A stretch of 55,231 bases of DNA from Catajapyx aquilonaris (lineage: Eukaryota). The notes below the pieces were generated by a model. That model was not told the DNA's origin and did not search any database. It saw only the letters and a program-made list of their open reading frames with translations. The stretch covers positions 1 to 55,231 of the forward strand of contig KZ538664.1 of the NCBI GenBank assembly GCA_000934665.2, in the 5' to 3' direction. This document shows, piece after piece, positions 25,808-38,300 of this stretch. The translations under genes and the position numbers were made by a program. The stretch's first letter is position 1, and every line of letters begins with the position of its first letter.

Positions 25808-28800
25808 ATGGCGGCTTCCACTGGCGGTGTGGGTGAGGGAATTACTGCACCAAATATGCATGCATTTTTGGCATCGTTGATGCACTTGGGTGGTGTGGAA
25901 CGGGCGGGTATGTTTGATCCAGCCATACTGGCTTGTCTGGTAGTTGAGTGGGAAATGGCAGGTTTTGTGATGGGTACTTGTGCTGTGGTCCTGAATGGCC
26001 CCAGGGACATCCTTGAGGTTTATGTTGAAAATGTGGCAAGTCCTGTTGGATAGATTGGTTTTGGTGGCAATGATCAGAATGTAATAAAGTGACAGTTGAG
26101 GCAATAGCATGTCCAAGGTAACGAGCTACTGCTAAAGGGAAAAGGTAGTCGGAGATGTCTGAAAATGAATTGAAAATGCGTTACATGTGAAAAAGAACTG
26201 GGGTACCCACAATCATGTCCATTGTCCCTGTTGAAGGCACACCAGCTATAACTGTTTGGCAACGCAGACATTGGAAAATTATAGCATGCCCAGCGGCCAT
26301 GATTCAAGTGTGCTCAAGTTGTTGGCATGTTGATGGTAGGTGGTACAGTGTTGGACATAAATCGAGGCATATTGGTAGTGACATTTTCCGAAGCGGCAGA
26401 AGAAGGAATCTTGCTCGCCCGGCTTGCAGTATCATTAGGTGAATTCGTTTATGGCTGAGTGTAGCACTGGAGTGTAGCTCTAGCGCAGCCTGGTCACGTG
26501 TGTGAAACGTCACAGTGGAAGAGGAGCTACACCCACTGCTACACCACTTGCACCCTCCCCAACGAGCATGCAGGCCAGAGCTACACTCGCGCTACACCCG
26601 ACCCTTGCTCTGGGATAAACGAATGCAGTGCTACGCCAAGCCCCGCCCCTTTAGAGCAGCTTCGTCATAAACGAATGCAGAACTCTCGCTGGAGCTACAC
26701 TATTGCTACACTATTGCTACACTCAGCCATAAACGAATTCACCTCTTATCTTCGATTCCTTCTTCTGCCACTTCGGAAAATGTCGCTAGCAATATGCCTC
26801 GATTTATGTGCAACACTGTACAGCCTGCATATTTTTGATGTTGCCATTGGAAGGTTTCTAGCCTGTCGCATCTTAGGAGAAACCTGATGATCACTATGGG
26901 CAAGACCAGGAATCATAAGCTCATTGGTGCTGAGGCATGGCTAATAGTAGTATGAATCATAGCATGCAGGTATGGAGCCGGCATTCAAAATATTAGCACA
27001 TCTGGCATTGATGAGCCACTCAGCATCATTGGGAATGCAGGGTCTTCTGCACAACTGCCACTGTCAGATACACACATTCAACATGTAAAGTGTGTGAGTG
27101 ATGACCTTGTAGACTACATACCTTTTCAGTGATCAGAGGGGATTTACAGTGAAGAAACTAATTCATAACAATTTTGGAAGTGAATTCATTGTGCATTTAC
27201 CATCTTAGTTTATCAGAATACATCACCAAACAAGGACAAAATATGTGGAGAACATTACCATGTCACCAAGATGCATGATTGGTGTGTTATGTACTATCAG
27301 TCCAACAAGAACTGTCGCAGCGGCAGTGCACGAACTACAATCTACGAGCACAGGGACACGAGAGACTGTAGTTCGTGCGCTGCCGCTGTGACAATTCTTG
27401 TTGGACACCAGGTCCCATGCACGTGGAATTTGCTTTTTGAAAGTGGTTTTTTTCCATTCATAGTGGTCCCACGCAACTTTCGCCTCTTGGAAGAGCTGGA
27501 GCAAGGTCAGAAAGGCGTTGGAGATGGGACTATCAGCTGGGGCTTAGAGAGCGATGATGATGTCACCCTGACTCACTGGACAGGCATGATCATTGGCCCT
27601 CCTAGGGTAAGTTGATATACATTGCGCGCTAAGGGCTGCTTTCATAAACTCCTCTTAGCACGATCCTACCCAGGAGTCTCTAATACTCCCACCCAGTGCA
27701 TGAGTTGGTGGGAGGAAAACTACTCTTATGAGCACCTCTATGGGTGGTGCAGGTTTATATGAGGGCCTTTCAATAAAGAACGAGTGTGATTTTTTAAACG
27801 AGAAAGAATAGAAATACTATCATGATGGTGATATATTTAAGTATGGTACGTATATCGAAGATGGGTGTGCATGCTTATGCACAGAAGTCTACTGCGCATA
27901 ATGTGGGTGTGGTGGCAGCACAAACACCACCACCCTTGATGGCGCCTCCCAAGTCATGGCATTGATGTGTGTGGAGCAGTACGCCATGCTGAAATTATGC
28001 TTTTCCTCAAGAAGACAGCCAGTGAGTTGTACTCCACGCTGGCATAGGCATATGGAGAAAATATGTTCAAGGGTCCCGAATCTGCCTGCAAACAGGGCTC
28101 TCTGGGAGCTCCTGCCAGAGCTCCGACGAAGGTGGCTATCAACATGGCTTCAGTCATCAGGCGTGTAAAGTTGACTATCCTATCTGATTTGTTACAAGTA
28201 TCTGTGGGTGGTGTGCACACAATTACGCATAACCACCTGCACATGAGGCATGTATTGGTTCTGGCAGGAGCTCCCAAAGCACCCTGGTTGCAGGTGGATG
28301 CAGAACCCTGTGGCAGTACATCTTCTCCATACGCCTATGTCAGCATGAAGTAGGCCTCACTGGCCCCCATCTTAAGGCGAAATCAGAATTTCAGCACAGC
28401 GTAGCATACTGCTCTCCACATGTTAGCGTCATGACTCAGGAGGCGATTTCAGGGGAGTACACGATTGTGCTGCCACCACACCCACATGATACGCAGTAGA
28501 CTTTTGTGCATAAGCATGCACATCCATCTTCGATAGACGTACTTAGATATATCACCATCATGATAGTACTTCCATACTTTCTCATTTAAAAAATCACTCA
28601 CATTCTTCATTGAAAGGCTCTCGTACACTCTGCGCTACATCCTTGGAATCAGTGGGAACCCCCTTGGCTAACTGAAGTTGTGGCTTCCAAACTTTATCCC
28701 ATTCCTATATGAGGGAAGGCAGGCTTCATTGTTGCTCGGCATCGGTGGTTCAGTGGCAGAATGCCCACCTAGGTGGGTGACCCGGGTTCGATTCCCGGCC

Positions 28801-29367
28801 GATGCTAATTTGGCCACCCTCCCCTTGTACCTGCACACTAGCCTACCCTCAACTCCACTACTGCCTTTTTCCTGCCATTTTTTAATTGCTGTGAAAGGAG
28901 GAAATTACCTAGTGCCCTTGACCGAAAGTCTGGACAACAGATATTTGGCTGTTGGTGTCTCCAAAAATGTTGCAGCTATTCTGTTGCTGTTCAATTTAAA
29001 TAGATTTAAGGCGGCGTACGCATTAACTACACAATAGTCCCCGAAACTAATTGCACATCCCTATATTAGTTTTGCGAGTACTATCAGTATACCTGGCACT
29101 GATGCGCGAGAATCCCTTCACCCTGTATATCCTGCTAAGCAATCCCGGAGGCCGGCGACCCTGACCATGGTTTTCTGTGGTTTCCCATGGTCCTTGCAGG
29201 ATAATTCCGGGGTCGTTACCGTAATATAGGCCACAGCCGCCTCCTTCCTTCCCTTTCCCTGCTTCATTCCGGTGATGAGAAAAATAGTAAAAATGGAAGA
29301 GTTCCAGACAAAAAATTGGGAGAAATCCCCCCCTAGGAAAGCCCGTAGGCTGATAATGGGGTATCAA

Positions 29368-29398
<31 letters not shown>

Positions 29399-32300
29399 CC
29401 TGCTAAGGTACCAATTGTACATGGTTGGGCAAAATGTATGGTCTGATTTGAATCGCATGGTGCGATGGTGCTGTTTGAGTATGCAGGGGATATTGGGGGG
29501 GAAAGAGAAGGGGGACGGGGAGGACGTGGCTGTATCCTTTGCATGTCCAGTGCTTTTCTGGTCTTGGATGCTGTGTCCCGAAACTGCTTCACCCACCTTA
29601 TGATTGTCCGGTGGTCGAGGACTTTGTCCTGATGTCCCAGCCCAAAATGGTGAAGAAAGATCCTTTGCACAGCTATGGTGGAGTAATTATTTTTAAAATA
29701 AATCACCACAAAGAATGCGCGGTGGTCTGACGACCGCAATACCATTTTTGCAAAGGGCAAACCTTCCCTGATCCAGCACACACCCATATCCCCTGCAAGC
29801 TCAAACAGCACCACTGTAGGCCTACCACGTGATTTAAATCCGACCATACAATTTGCCCAACCCTGTATAAGCTATGTTGATTTTAGTGATGGAGAAATGC
29901 AGGCAGGATTTTAATATAGCCTACTATAAACTTTAATGCTTGTACACACAGCATACATAAGCACAGTAGTAAAAATAGGGTAAAACAAGCTGGCTCTGAT
30001 TCGAGCTGGCAAAGTGAGCTTATTGAATGCATTCACACCTAACTGCAATTCAGCATCCAGTGACCAATTCGGCATCCTGTACCAGTGGACGGTACAGATG
30101 TGGGTGGAGCAGGGGAAGGGTTGAGGTATCAGGAGAGATGTGCCCGCTGCTTCCCTTCCACCCAACATCAAGCAAATGAATAGTTCCTCCTCCCATTGTG
30201 CAGTTGCAAAACGGGGGCCAATGGGAAGTCTCAGTCATACAGTACAACAAAGGATTTTAATAGTGTAGATGTTTACTAAAGAGAGCTGATGAGGATTGAG
30301 CAGGTCAGACAGAGGGAGAGTCTTCGTTGAATTTCTGTAGATGCGGTATTAAAATTTGAATTCTCCTCATGCCAGCTAGAATGGGAAGTATGCCTATTCA
30401 CCTGAACCCTCCTAAGAAAAGTGCATTGGGGAAACTGTGGAAAGTAAATAATTTGTGTATGCTGTCTGAATGGGCCTTGATTCAAAATCCACTTTTAATG
30501 ATGCTAAAATGCCAGAAACTAAAGACATCCATTTAGGGGTTTTCTTGGCAAGCAGGCACTCCATGCTATTTATTTTGTTAGAGAATTTCAATGTGAATGT
30601 GGAATGGACCTGACAGTTTCAGTTATATCCATACTTTTGGAACCAATTGATGGTATTCAATATTTATGAATGGGGCACTTCAAGGGCTTTCTAAATAGTA
30701 GAGTTGAAGGATGCAGAAACCAGAATGGGGAATTACTTGTTAGGCCTGCAGGGTTGCTTCCTCCCTCTCCCTCTTTTTAGTCATCGTTTGATTTTCCCTT
30801 AAGTGGAATGGGAAGCAGAGCAGATTGGATGCTGCTATGCTACAACTGTTTCTCAGCTACAGCTAGGCTACTATGGAACTGGAAAATAGAAGCCTGCTGC
30901 TGATGGCTGAAGTGACATCCCCCCTTCTGGTTTCAGGAAGCCATCCTCCCAAATCAGCAGCATGAGGCATGCATATTTGAGGGCCTGGTGAAATATTGTG
31001 CCAAGAAATTGTTGCAAAATACAGAATTTTTGTTTAGAAAACAGTGGGACCTGATGGCCAATTTTTTGAATTACATGATTCTCACCAAGATGGATAAACA
31101 CAGTATGTTGGCCTCAGTCTGACGTTTTCTCTCTACGGGGGTGTGATTGTGGGGTAAGGTTTTGCCGCCAGAGGTGCTGCTGTGCTATCGGGGTCTAAAT
31201 CTGAGTGCAGTGCACGGCTGTAGAAGACTCAGGTTAGGTCACTCCCCACCCACCCCCTGCCGAAGGATTACGCACCGGGTGCTCCCTTGACACCGCCACG
31301 AGACATTTCCCAAGGCTATCATGTGGCGCCCCTACCGGACTAAGGCTGAACTTTACAGGTACGAAGGGAAGGGCTACATTGGGGGGCCCAACATGGCCGC
31401 TGGCGGCCATGTTGGGCCAGCATGTAGCCCTCCCATTCGTACCTGTAAAGTTCAGCCTTAGTCCGGTAGGGGCGCCACATGATAGCCTTGGGAAATGTCT
31501 CGTGGCGGTGTCAAGGGAGCACCCGGTGCGTAATCCCTCGGCAGGTGATAACGCCAGAACGTAGTATAAGTGTCCGTGGGCTGGTGCAGTGCAATGGCCG
31601 ATATAGGCAGAATGTGTGTATGCGGCTCTGTTTGTGCTCCCATTCCATCTGGGATGGCCCAGTTGGACAACGGAACGCCATAGTGAGATGGGGTATAAAA
31701 AATAGGCTTTATTTTAGTGTACTTACTCTTTCTCCACACACGCTGGTATATTTGCAATAAATTGTAGGAAAATTTATACGAGTACACTCCACTCCGGATT
31801 GTCCATGCTAATTAATGCATGGCTGTGCCCAGATATTCGAAAAACACTGATAATCTGAAAACGGTCCTAGACACCGCAAAAAGAGCTATCCAGAGGGTTT
31901 TAATGAACTACTACACATACTGCATGTATGCTGCATTAAATAGGGTTTGATTTTTTAAAAACCTACATCAGCAGATATGTTTAGTTTGACATCTGTAAAA
32001 AGTCTTATATTTATTTTTGCGAGATATATTGACATACCGGTGTATATTATTTTGGACTTTTATTTACAATTTTTTGGCGATGCATGCATAATTTGCAACA
32101 CGTATATACGAGGGCTGTTCAAAAAATGGCATAACTTTTTTTATACAGACTCTACTGCTTAATTTGCAACATTTTAAGCACTGTCCCCTTCAAAGTAGTT
32201 CCATCTACTGCTGATAGACAGTTTCTAATTTTTTATTCCATTGTTAGAATGCTTCCTGGAACGCACTTTCTGTGAGGGTGCACAGTGCTCTTGTCACATT

Positions 32301-35300
32301 GTCCTGAATCACCTCTATGGTTCAGAAATGTGGTTTTAAGTTTTGAATATAGTGGATACCGGCCTTAAAAGTGACATTAGATATAAAGGTAATTGCAGGG
32401 TAATTTCCTGAGTGACGTTGTGTAATGCATGATATCCTATCAAATGAGACCTTGCAATGGACAACTGATTGTTGCCACATCAATTCATTTAATGTACAGT
32501 ATGCAACTCTAACAATTGGAATCATCGGACAATTGCTATAAGGTTTTTTTTTTAAACTGCTAGGTGCACTGATCACTTGTGACCATTTTAAGCTACTAAA
32601 ATACTGGAAAAATGCAATTTTCATACCTACATTTTTGTGAAACCCTTCATGGAAAAGATTCATTCTTTCATTTAAAAACAGTTGGAAACAATCTCGAGAG
32701 AATCTTTCATTGCAAGGTGCAATCGTTCCAGAAGTTTTCTTTTTGTGTAAGTGTTGCTAGTATCAACACTTATTGGGAAAGTTGATAAATTTTGGCCAAG
32801 CAAAGGGTATTCATGATGTTAGAACATGAGTCGGTCTTCACAGTAAATAATTTGGCCAGTGTTACAACTTCCACATATTCAAGTGCTTTGTTGTGTACCT
32901 TAAAGTAACTGTGTGTAATTGCCAATGTATCTTTTTCAGACACCCTACGAAAATAGGATGTACAGTTTAAAAATCGAGTGTGGGCAGAAGTACCCTGATG
33001 ATCCTCCAAGCGTCAAGTTCATCTCTAGAATTAACATGAATTGCATCAACAGTTCAACGGGTGTGGTAAGTGTGAGTTATACTAATATACTACTTTTCAG
33101 TGTTGTTAGGTCCTTGTCTTGATAGTCAAAATGAACTCAGTCATCAGGCAGTAATGGTCAGTGATGAAGGTACAGACACTGTTGAATAATGTCATACTGC
33201 TCTACTTAGCTGAGTGGCATAGGTCTTTCAGCTTTATAAGTATTTGCATGTATCACCATAATGTAAAAGCACCTGTAGTTAAATATGAAAGTGCAACGTG
33301 TAGAAAAGGTATTGGCAAGTTTGCCAGCCCAGAGAGGTGCTGCTGCCAATTAAGATGGCTGATTTACCTGGTGCGAATCTACAGCCCATATGTATTCTCC
33401 AATCTGCTTAGGCGGTGTTCTGGGTGTGAGGGCATCAGGAGCTGATGTGGTCAGAATGTGAAAGGTTGGGTAGAGAGGGGCTGGAGGGAAGGGATGAGTA
33501 GGGGAGGGAGGTGAAAAATAATGCTGCCAAAAACAAATTCAAGTACCGGTATTCACTAACTCAACATATACGAGGGTTGAGTCAAAAGTCATGGCGCGTA
33601 TTTTTTTATTCAAAAACTGTAACACATACAGAGATGACCTTTGCTGAGTTTTGAAGATCCGGCAATTACAATTTTATCTGGCATATAGATGTCGCCCATA
33701 TCGCGAGGGGGGTGGGGAAACAAATGGGGAATGTGACACCCCCCCACCCACCGCATCATCGGCCTAAGATGGCCTGAGCCTGATGCGCTTGGGGCTGTTG
33801 GACGTTGCATGAGGGACACTCGGAGATGGACAACGCTGGAGCTTGCTTTCGAGTGTGGGGCAAGTCAGAGCACTATGACCGGAGCCATGTGTCATCCATC
33901 GCCACAGTCAGTTTTAAAAACCATCACCTTCAATGCGATAGAGTTCCAAGCGAGGGGAAAAATGGCGGCACTTTTGCACCTCAAAGAGATGGAGAGGAAC
34001 CAGTGAGGATGCCAACTTCCTGAGACCTTTCAGAGTCCTAAGCATAGTGCTCTGATTTGTCCCACACTCGAAAGCAAACTCCAGCGTTGTCCATCTCCGA
34101 GTGTCCCTCATGCAATGTCCAACAGCCCCAAGCGCATCAGGCTCGGGCCGTCTTAGGACGATGATGCGGTGGGGGGGGGGGGGGGGGGGGGGTGGGGGGA
34201 AGGGGGGGGNGGGGGGGGGGGGGGGGTGTCACATTCCCCATTTGTTTCCCCACCATGGGCGACATCTATATGCCAGATAAAATTGTAATCGCCGGATCTT
34301 CAAACCTAAGCAAAGGTCATCTCTGTATGTGTTACAGTTTTTGAATAAAAAAATATGCGCCATGACTTTTGACTCTACCCTCGTACACTACCGGTCAAAA
34401 GTTTAACATCACCTAAACATGATTTTTTGGTCATTAAAGCCCTAATATAAAGTTCTGGAACATAAAATAAGCTTTATTTTATCAAAATTTAGTGTGTTTT
34501 AAGAAACCGAATGAAAAGCTACACAAAATTCTTTCTCAGAGTTAAATGTTTAATTTTCAAATTTCCCACCTTTGGCCTTATTTAGAGCTTTGCGTATACT
34601 AAGCATTCAGGAGGCAAGGTTTATATGTTACGTAGCAGCACATTAATTTTAATAATGAACCTGAGGGGCCACATAAACCTGAAGACAATATTACAATATT
34701 AATTACAAAAAATTTACCACATGGGATTTTAAAATGTTTATGGCTTGCAGACTTTTTCTGAAATTGTTACACTTTGGTGTACAACATTTAACGGTTTTAT
34801 TTATCGATTTTTAAAAAGTGACATGGTCTATTTAGACCACAGTCCAATGCGCTATGATAAAGAAATTAATTGAATTAATATGAAATGGCTCTTAGAATCC
34901 CTGCATTCAAAAATGCACAAAATTCGACATCTGCCAGCTGTGATAAACATTTTTAAATTACAGGGTTGATTTTTTGTAATTGTAATATTGTCTTCAGGTT
35001 TGTGTGGCCCCTCAGGTTCATTATTAAAATGAATGTCCTGCTAAGTAACATATAAACCTTGCCTGGGCCAGAATGCTTAGAAAATGCAAAGGTGGGAAAT
35101 TTGAAAAATTAAAAATTCAACTCTGAGAAAGAATTTTGTGTGGCTTTTCATTGGGTTTCTTAAAACACACTAAATTTGTTAAAATAAGCTATGTTCCTGA
35201 ACTTTATATTACAGCTTTAATGACCAAAAAATCATGTTGATAGGGGTGATGCTAAACTTTTGACCCGTAGTGTACAGGGTGTTTCAAGTGTCAGGGTAAT

Positions 35301-38300
35301 CTTTAGTTATCACTAATATTGCCTGAAGTAGTGATTTTTGTGTAGCTTGTTCCACCCCAATATGAGATACCAGACGATATACTGCATAATTTTAAAAAAC
35401 AGGTTCTGAGTTAGGTAAAAATTTGACGTGGATGTAATGTGGAACAATCCATTTAATAAGTTGGGGGCTGGCTGTATACATTCTTCAAACAAAGGAAATG
35501 TCCAAATAAAAAATGCATTACATCAGTTCACTCTTTCATATGTCATTAAATTTAACGCTTATTGTACAAAAATTTAGAGCGTAAAGCATTATGAATATTT
35601 AGTCATTGAAAATAGCACACAGAGTTTTTGTTGAGTAAGATTAATTGAATGCCACAATGCAATAAGGGCCCATCAGTCAATTTTTGCGGAAATGCTTTTA
35701 TGGCATATTGTACGTCCTCTGGTGGATGTCCATCCGTATAAAATGCAAGAAGAGCTGAAATGTCACTAGTAATGCCTGAAAAAGGCTTCTAACCATCGAT
35801 GGACCAAAACGCGATTTCTCGATATCAGTGACAAACGTGATTGTCACTTGAAAAGCGCGATTTTAATACATTACAAGTGACCCGCGATTTGAAAATAGAG
35901 GTGATTTTTAACCGCGATGTGATATTTGTCTAAGCACTACTTCTAAAGGAGATGCGTTACTTTACCATTTAGAACGTTCCCCTCTGAGGAGCAGTGCTGA
36001 ACCGAGTGGAAAATAAAGTAGACTTGTGGGTCTATATGTCACCAAAAAATCTTTGACCTACACCCTCGGGAAGTGGTCAAAAATGGCCGCTACTTTATAA
36101 GGTAGACCTAGGTGGCATGGGAGACCAAAAAAACATTAAATTTTATTACATATAATGTGTAATTACTCTGAGGCGAATACTATGTCTCCTATATATCATA
36201 ATCATTCATTAATTTTATCCTGAGACGGTTTATTCTACATATTTAAGCCAAAGGAATGATGCAATGCGAGAAGGGCCCAATTGTGAGCATTAAAAGTATT
36301 TAAATAAAATATAAATTACATGCCTATTTCGATGAAAGTGCTGTCATGTATTCATGTTGTATACAGGGTGTCCATGAACCGACCAATCAGACCTGTACCC
36401 GTGGCTCAATTGACACCAGAGGATCATGTTATATAGAGGAGTCATTATGTCTGGGCAGCCTCATTACTGAGATAATGGATCATTTGCCATTTAGTGATTG
36501 GGCCTAAGAGTGATTGTCAAATAGCAGTGACCAGTGTGTGCTGGTGTGTGCCATGCGACATGCTAGTAGCCAAATCGAAAAGCTGCTATTATTTGACCGG
36601 TGATGCGATTTCGGGGCAGAAGGTTTCCATACCTCCCAGTATACTTTGTACTTGTCGTTTGAAGGCATTTATCTCAGTTTAATCCTGGGGTAGTGCTTTC
36701 ACCCCCAAATGGGGGTATATCACACAGACCTTTATTTTGATATTGGTACAGCTGGTGCCTATTCATTGAAGTTCCTGGCCCACAGGCAGGATGACAGGAG
36801 GGGACGTGCAAAGTGCAGTGCGCGGACTGATATGGGTACATTTTGTGAACTCCCCCGGGTGGATATGTCTATTGGAGATTCCACCCGAGACAAGCCAGAG
36901 ATGACCTAACTCTGTACGAGATGAAGGGGGTGTCCCCAGGCTGGGATCGAACCCGGGACCTTAACATGCGTGGGCGCGTACTTTACCTCAGCGCCACTCC
37001 GCCTCCCTTCATTTACCTCAGTAATGAGGCTGCCCAGACATAATGACTCCTCTACATAACATGATCCTCTGGTGTCAATTGAGCCACGGGTACAGGTCTG
37101 ACTGGTCGTTTCACGCACACCCTGTATATCTGTCATTAGGTTTAGAGCACAATTGCCTACCATGAACAGAAACAGAAATAAGTAGTTTTTTTTTTCGCTT
37201 CCTGGACATTTTATATTTTCACAATTGGGCCCTTATTGAATTGTGGTCTTCAATTATTATCAGTGACCTCTTGTGCAATATGAGAATGGGTGAGCTGGTT
37301 AAAACATTTGGCCATAACATGAGAATACCTTGAAAATATACATTTTTCTTTCCACTTGATCCATTCACTTCCAGCCACCCAGGACCTATGCCAGTGGTTC
37401 CCAACCTGTGGGTCGCAACCCCCAAGGAGGTCGCTAAGGATTTTCTAGGGGGTCGTCAAGGTAGTTTTTACATTAACAAACACTCAACCACACATATAAG
37501 TGTGTTGTATGTTATGAAGTTATGGAAATATGTTGTTTTCTGTACCCTATAAAAAGTCATTTTTTTGCAAATGTTGGCGGGGGTCGCAGGTTACTTGGCT
37601 ATTATAAAAGGGGGTCGTGACTCGAAGAAGGTTGGGAACCACTGACATCAGCTATGACAACTTGACAACCAGGTACATCGCCTAGTTTTTCACTTATGCG
37701 TCCTCGGAAGATACCAACAAGATATTTTACAAATAATACCAGCTATACCTACCCTTTTATGGAAAATACTGTGAATGTATTTGGGACAATTTTCCTCCCA
37801 TAGAAGTACCTAAATTAATATGCAAAAAGATCGCTGCACAAAATAACCGCTATATTTCCATTGCCAGATCGCCTAGATTTTCCCTCTGTTCAACTTACAA
37901 GTACACTACCCTGCATTAACCCCTTCGCTACCAGATACCACATAGATTTCGACTTACATGTACTCCGAAGATACGGAGAAGATATTTTACAAATAATAAC
38001 AGCTATACTTACCAGATCTGGGAAAACACTATGAATGTGTTGCGAACAATTTTACTCCTCTAGAAGTCCCAAAATTAATTTCTGCTGAAATCGTATTACT
38101 TTACGAGAAATAAATTAATACTTATTTGTGTCATTCTGGCACTTCAGAAACTCCAATTTGGGAGTTTTCCTAAGTGCCAAATGCCAAAAATACAGTAAAA
38201 CTTCTATAAGTCGAATCTCCATGGGACTGGAAAAAAACTTCGAGTTATAGAAAATCCGAGTTAAAGAAGTTTGAATATTTTAACGCACAGAACTCTATAA

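Noticed and set aside
25327..26116. 227-aa and 144-aa ORFs over the promoter
   Set aside because: Proline-rich low-complexity translations of GC-rich promoter and intron sequence, antisense to UBE2V exon 1
28739..28806. Functional tRNA-Gly gene
   Set aside because: Anticodon arm is shortened and lacks the GCC anticodon
29047..29847. 266-aa ORF as a real gene
   Set aside because: Chance read-through joining a transposase fragment, a (TAA)n tail and an antisense SINE
34170..34226. Long poly-G tract as a G-quadruplex element
   Set aside because: Contains an N and corresponds to a short C-run in the opposite arm; length is likely a homopolymer artefact
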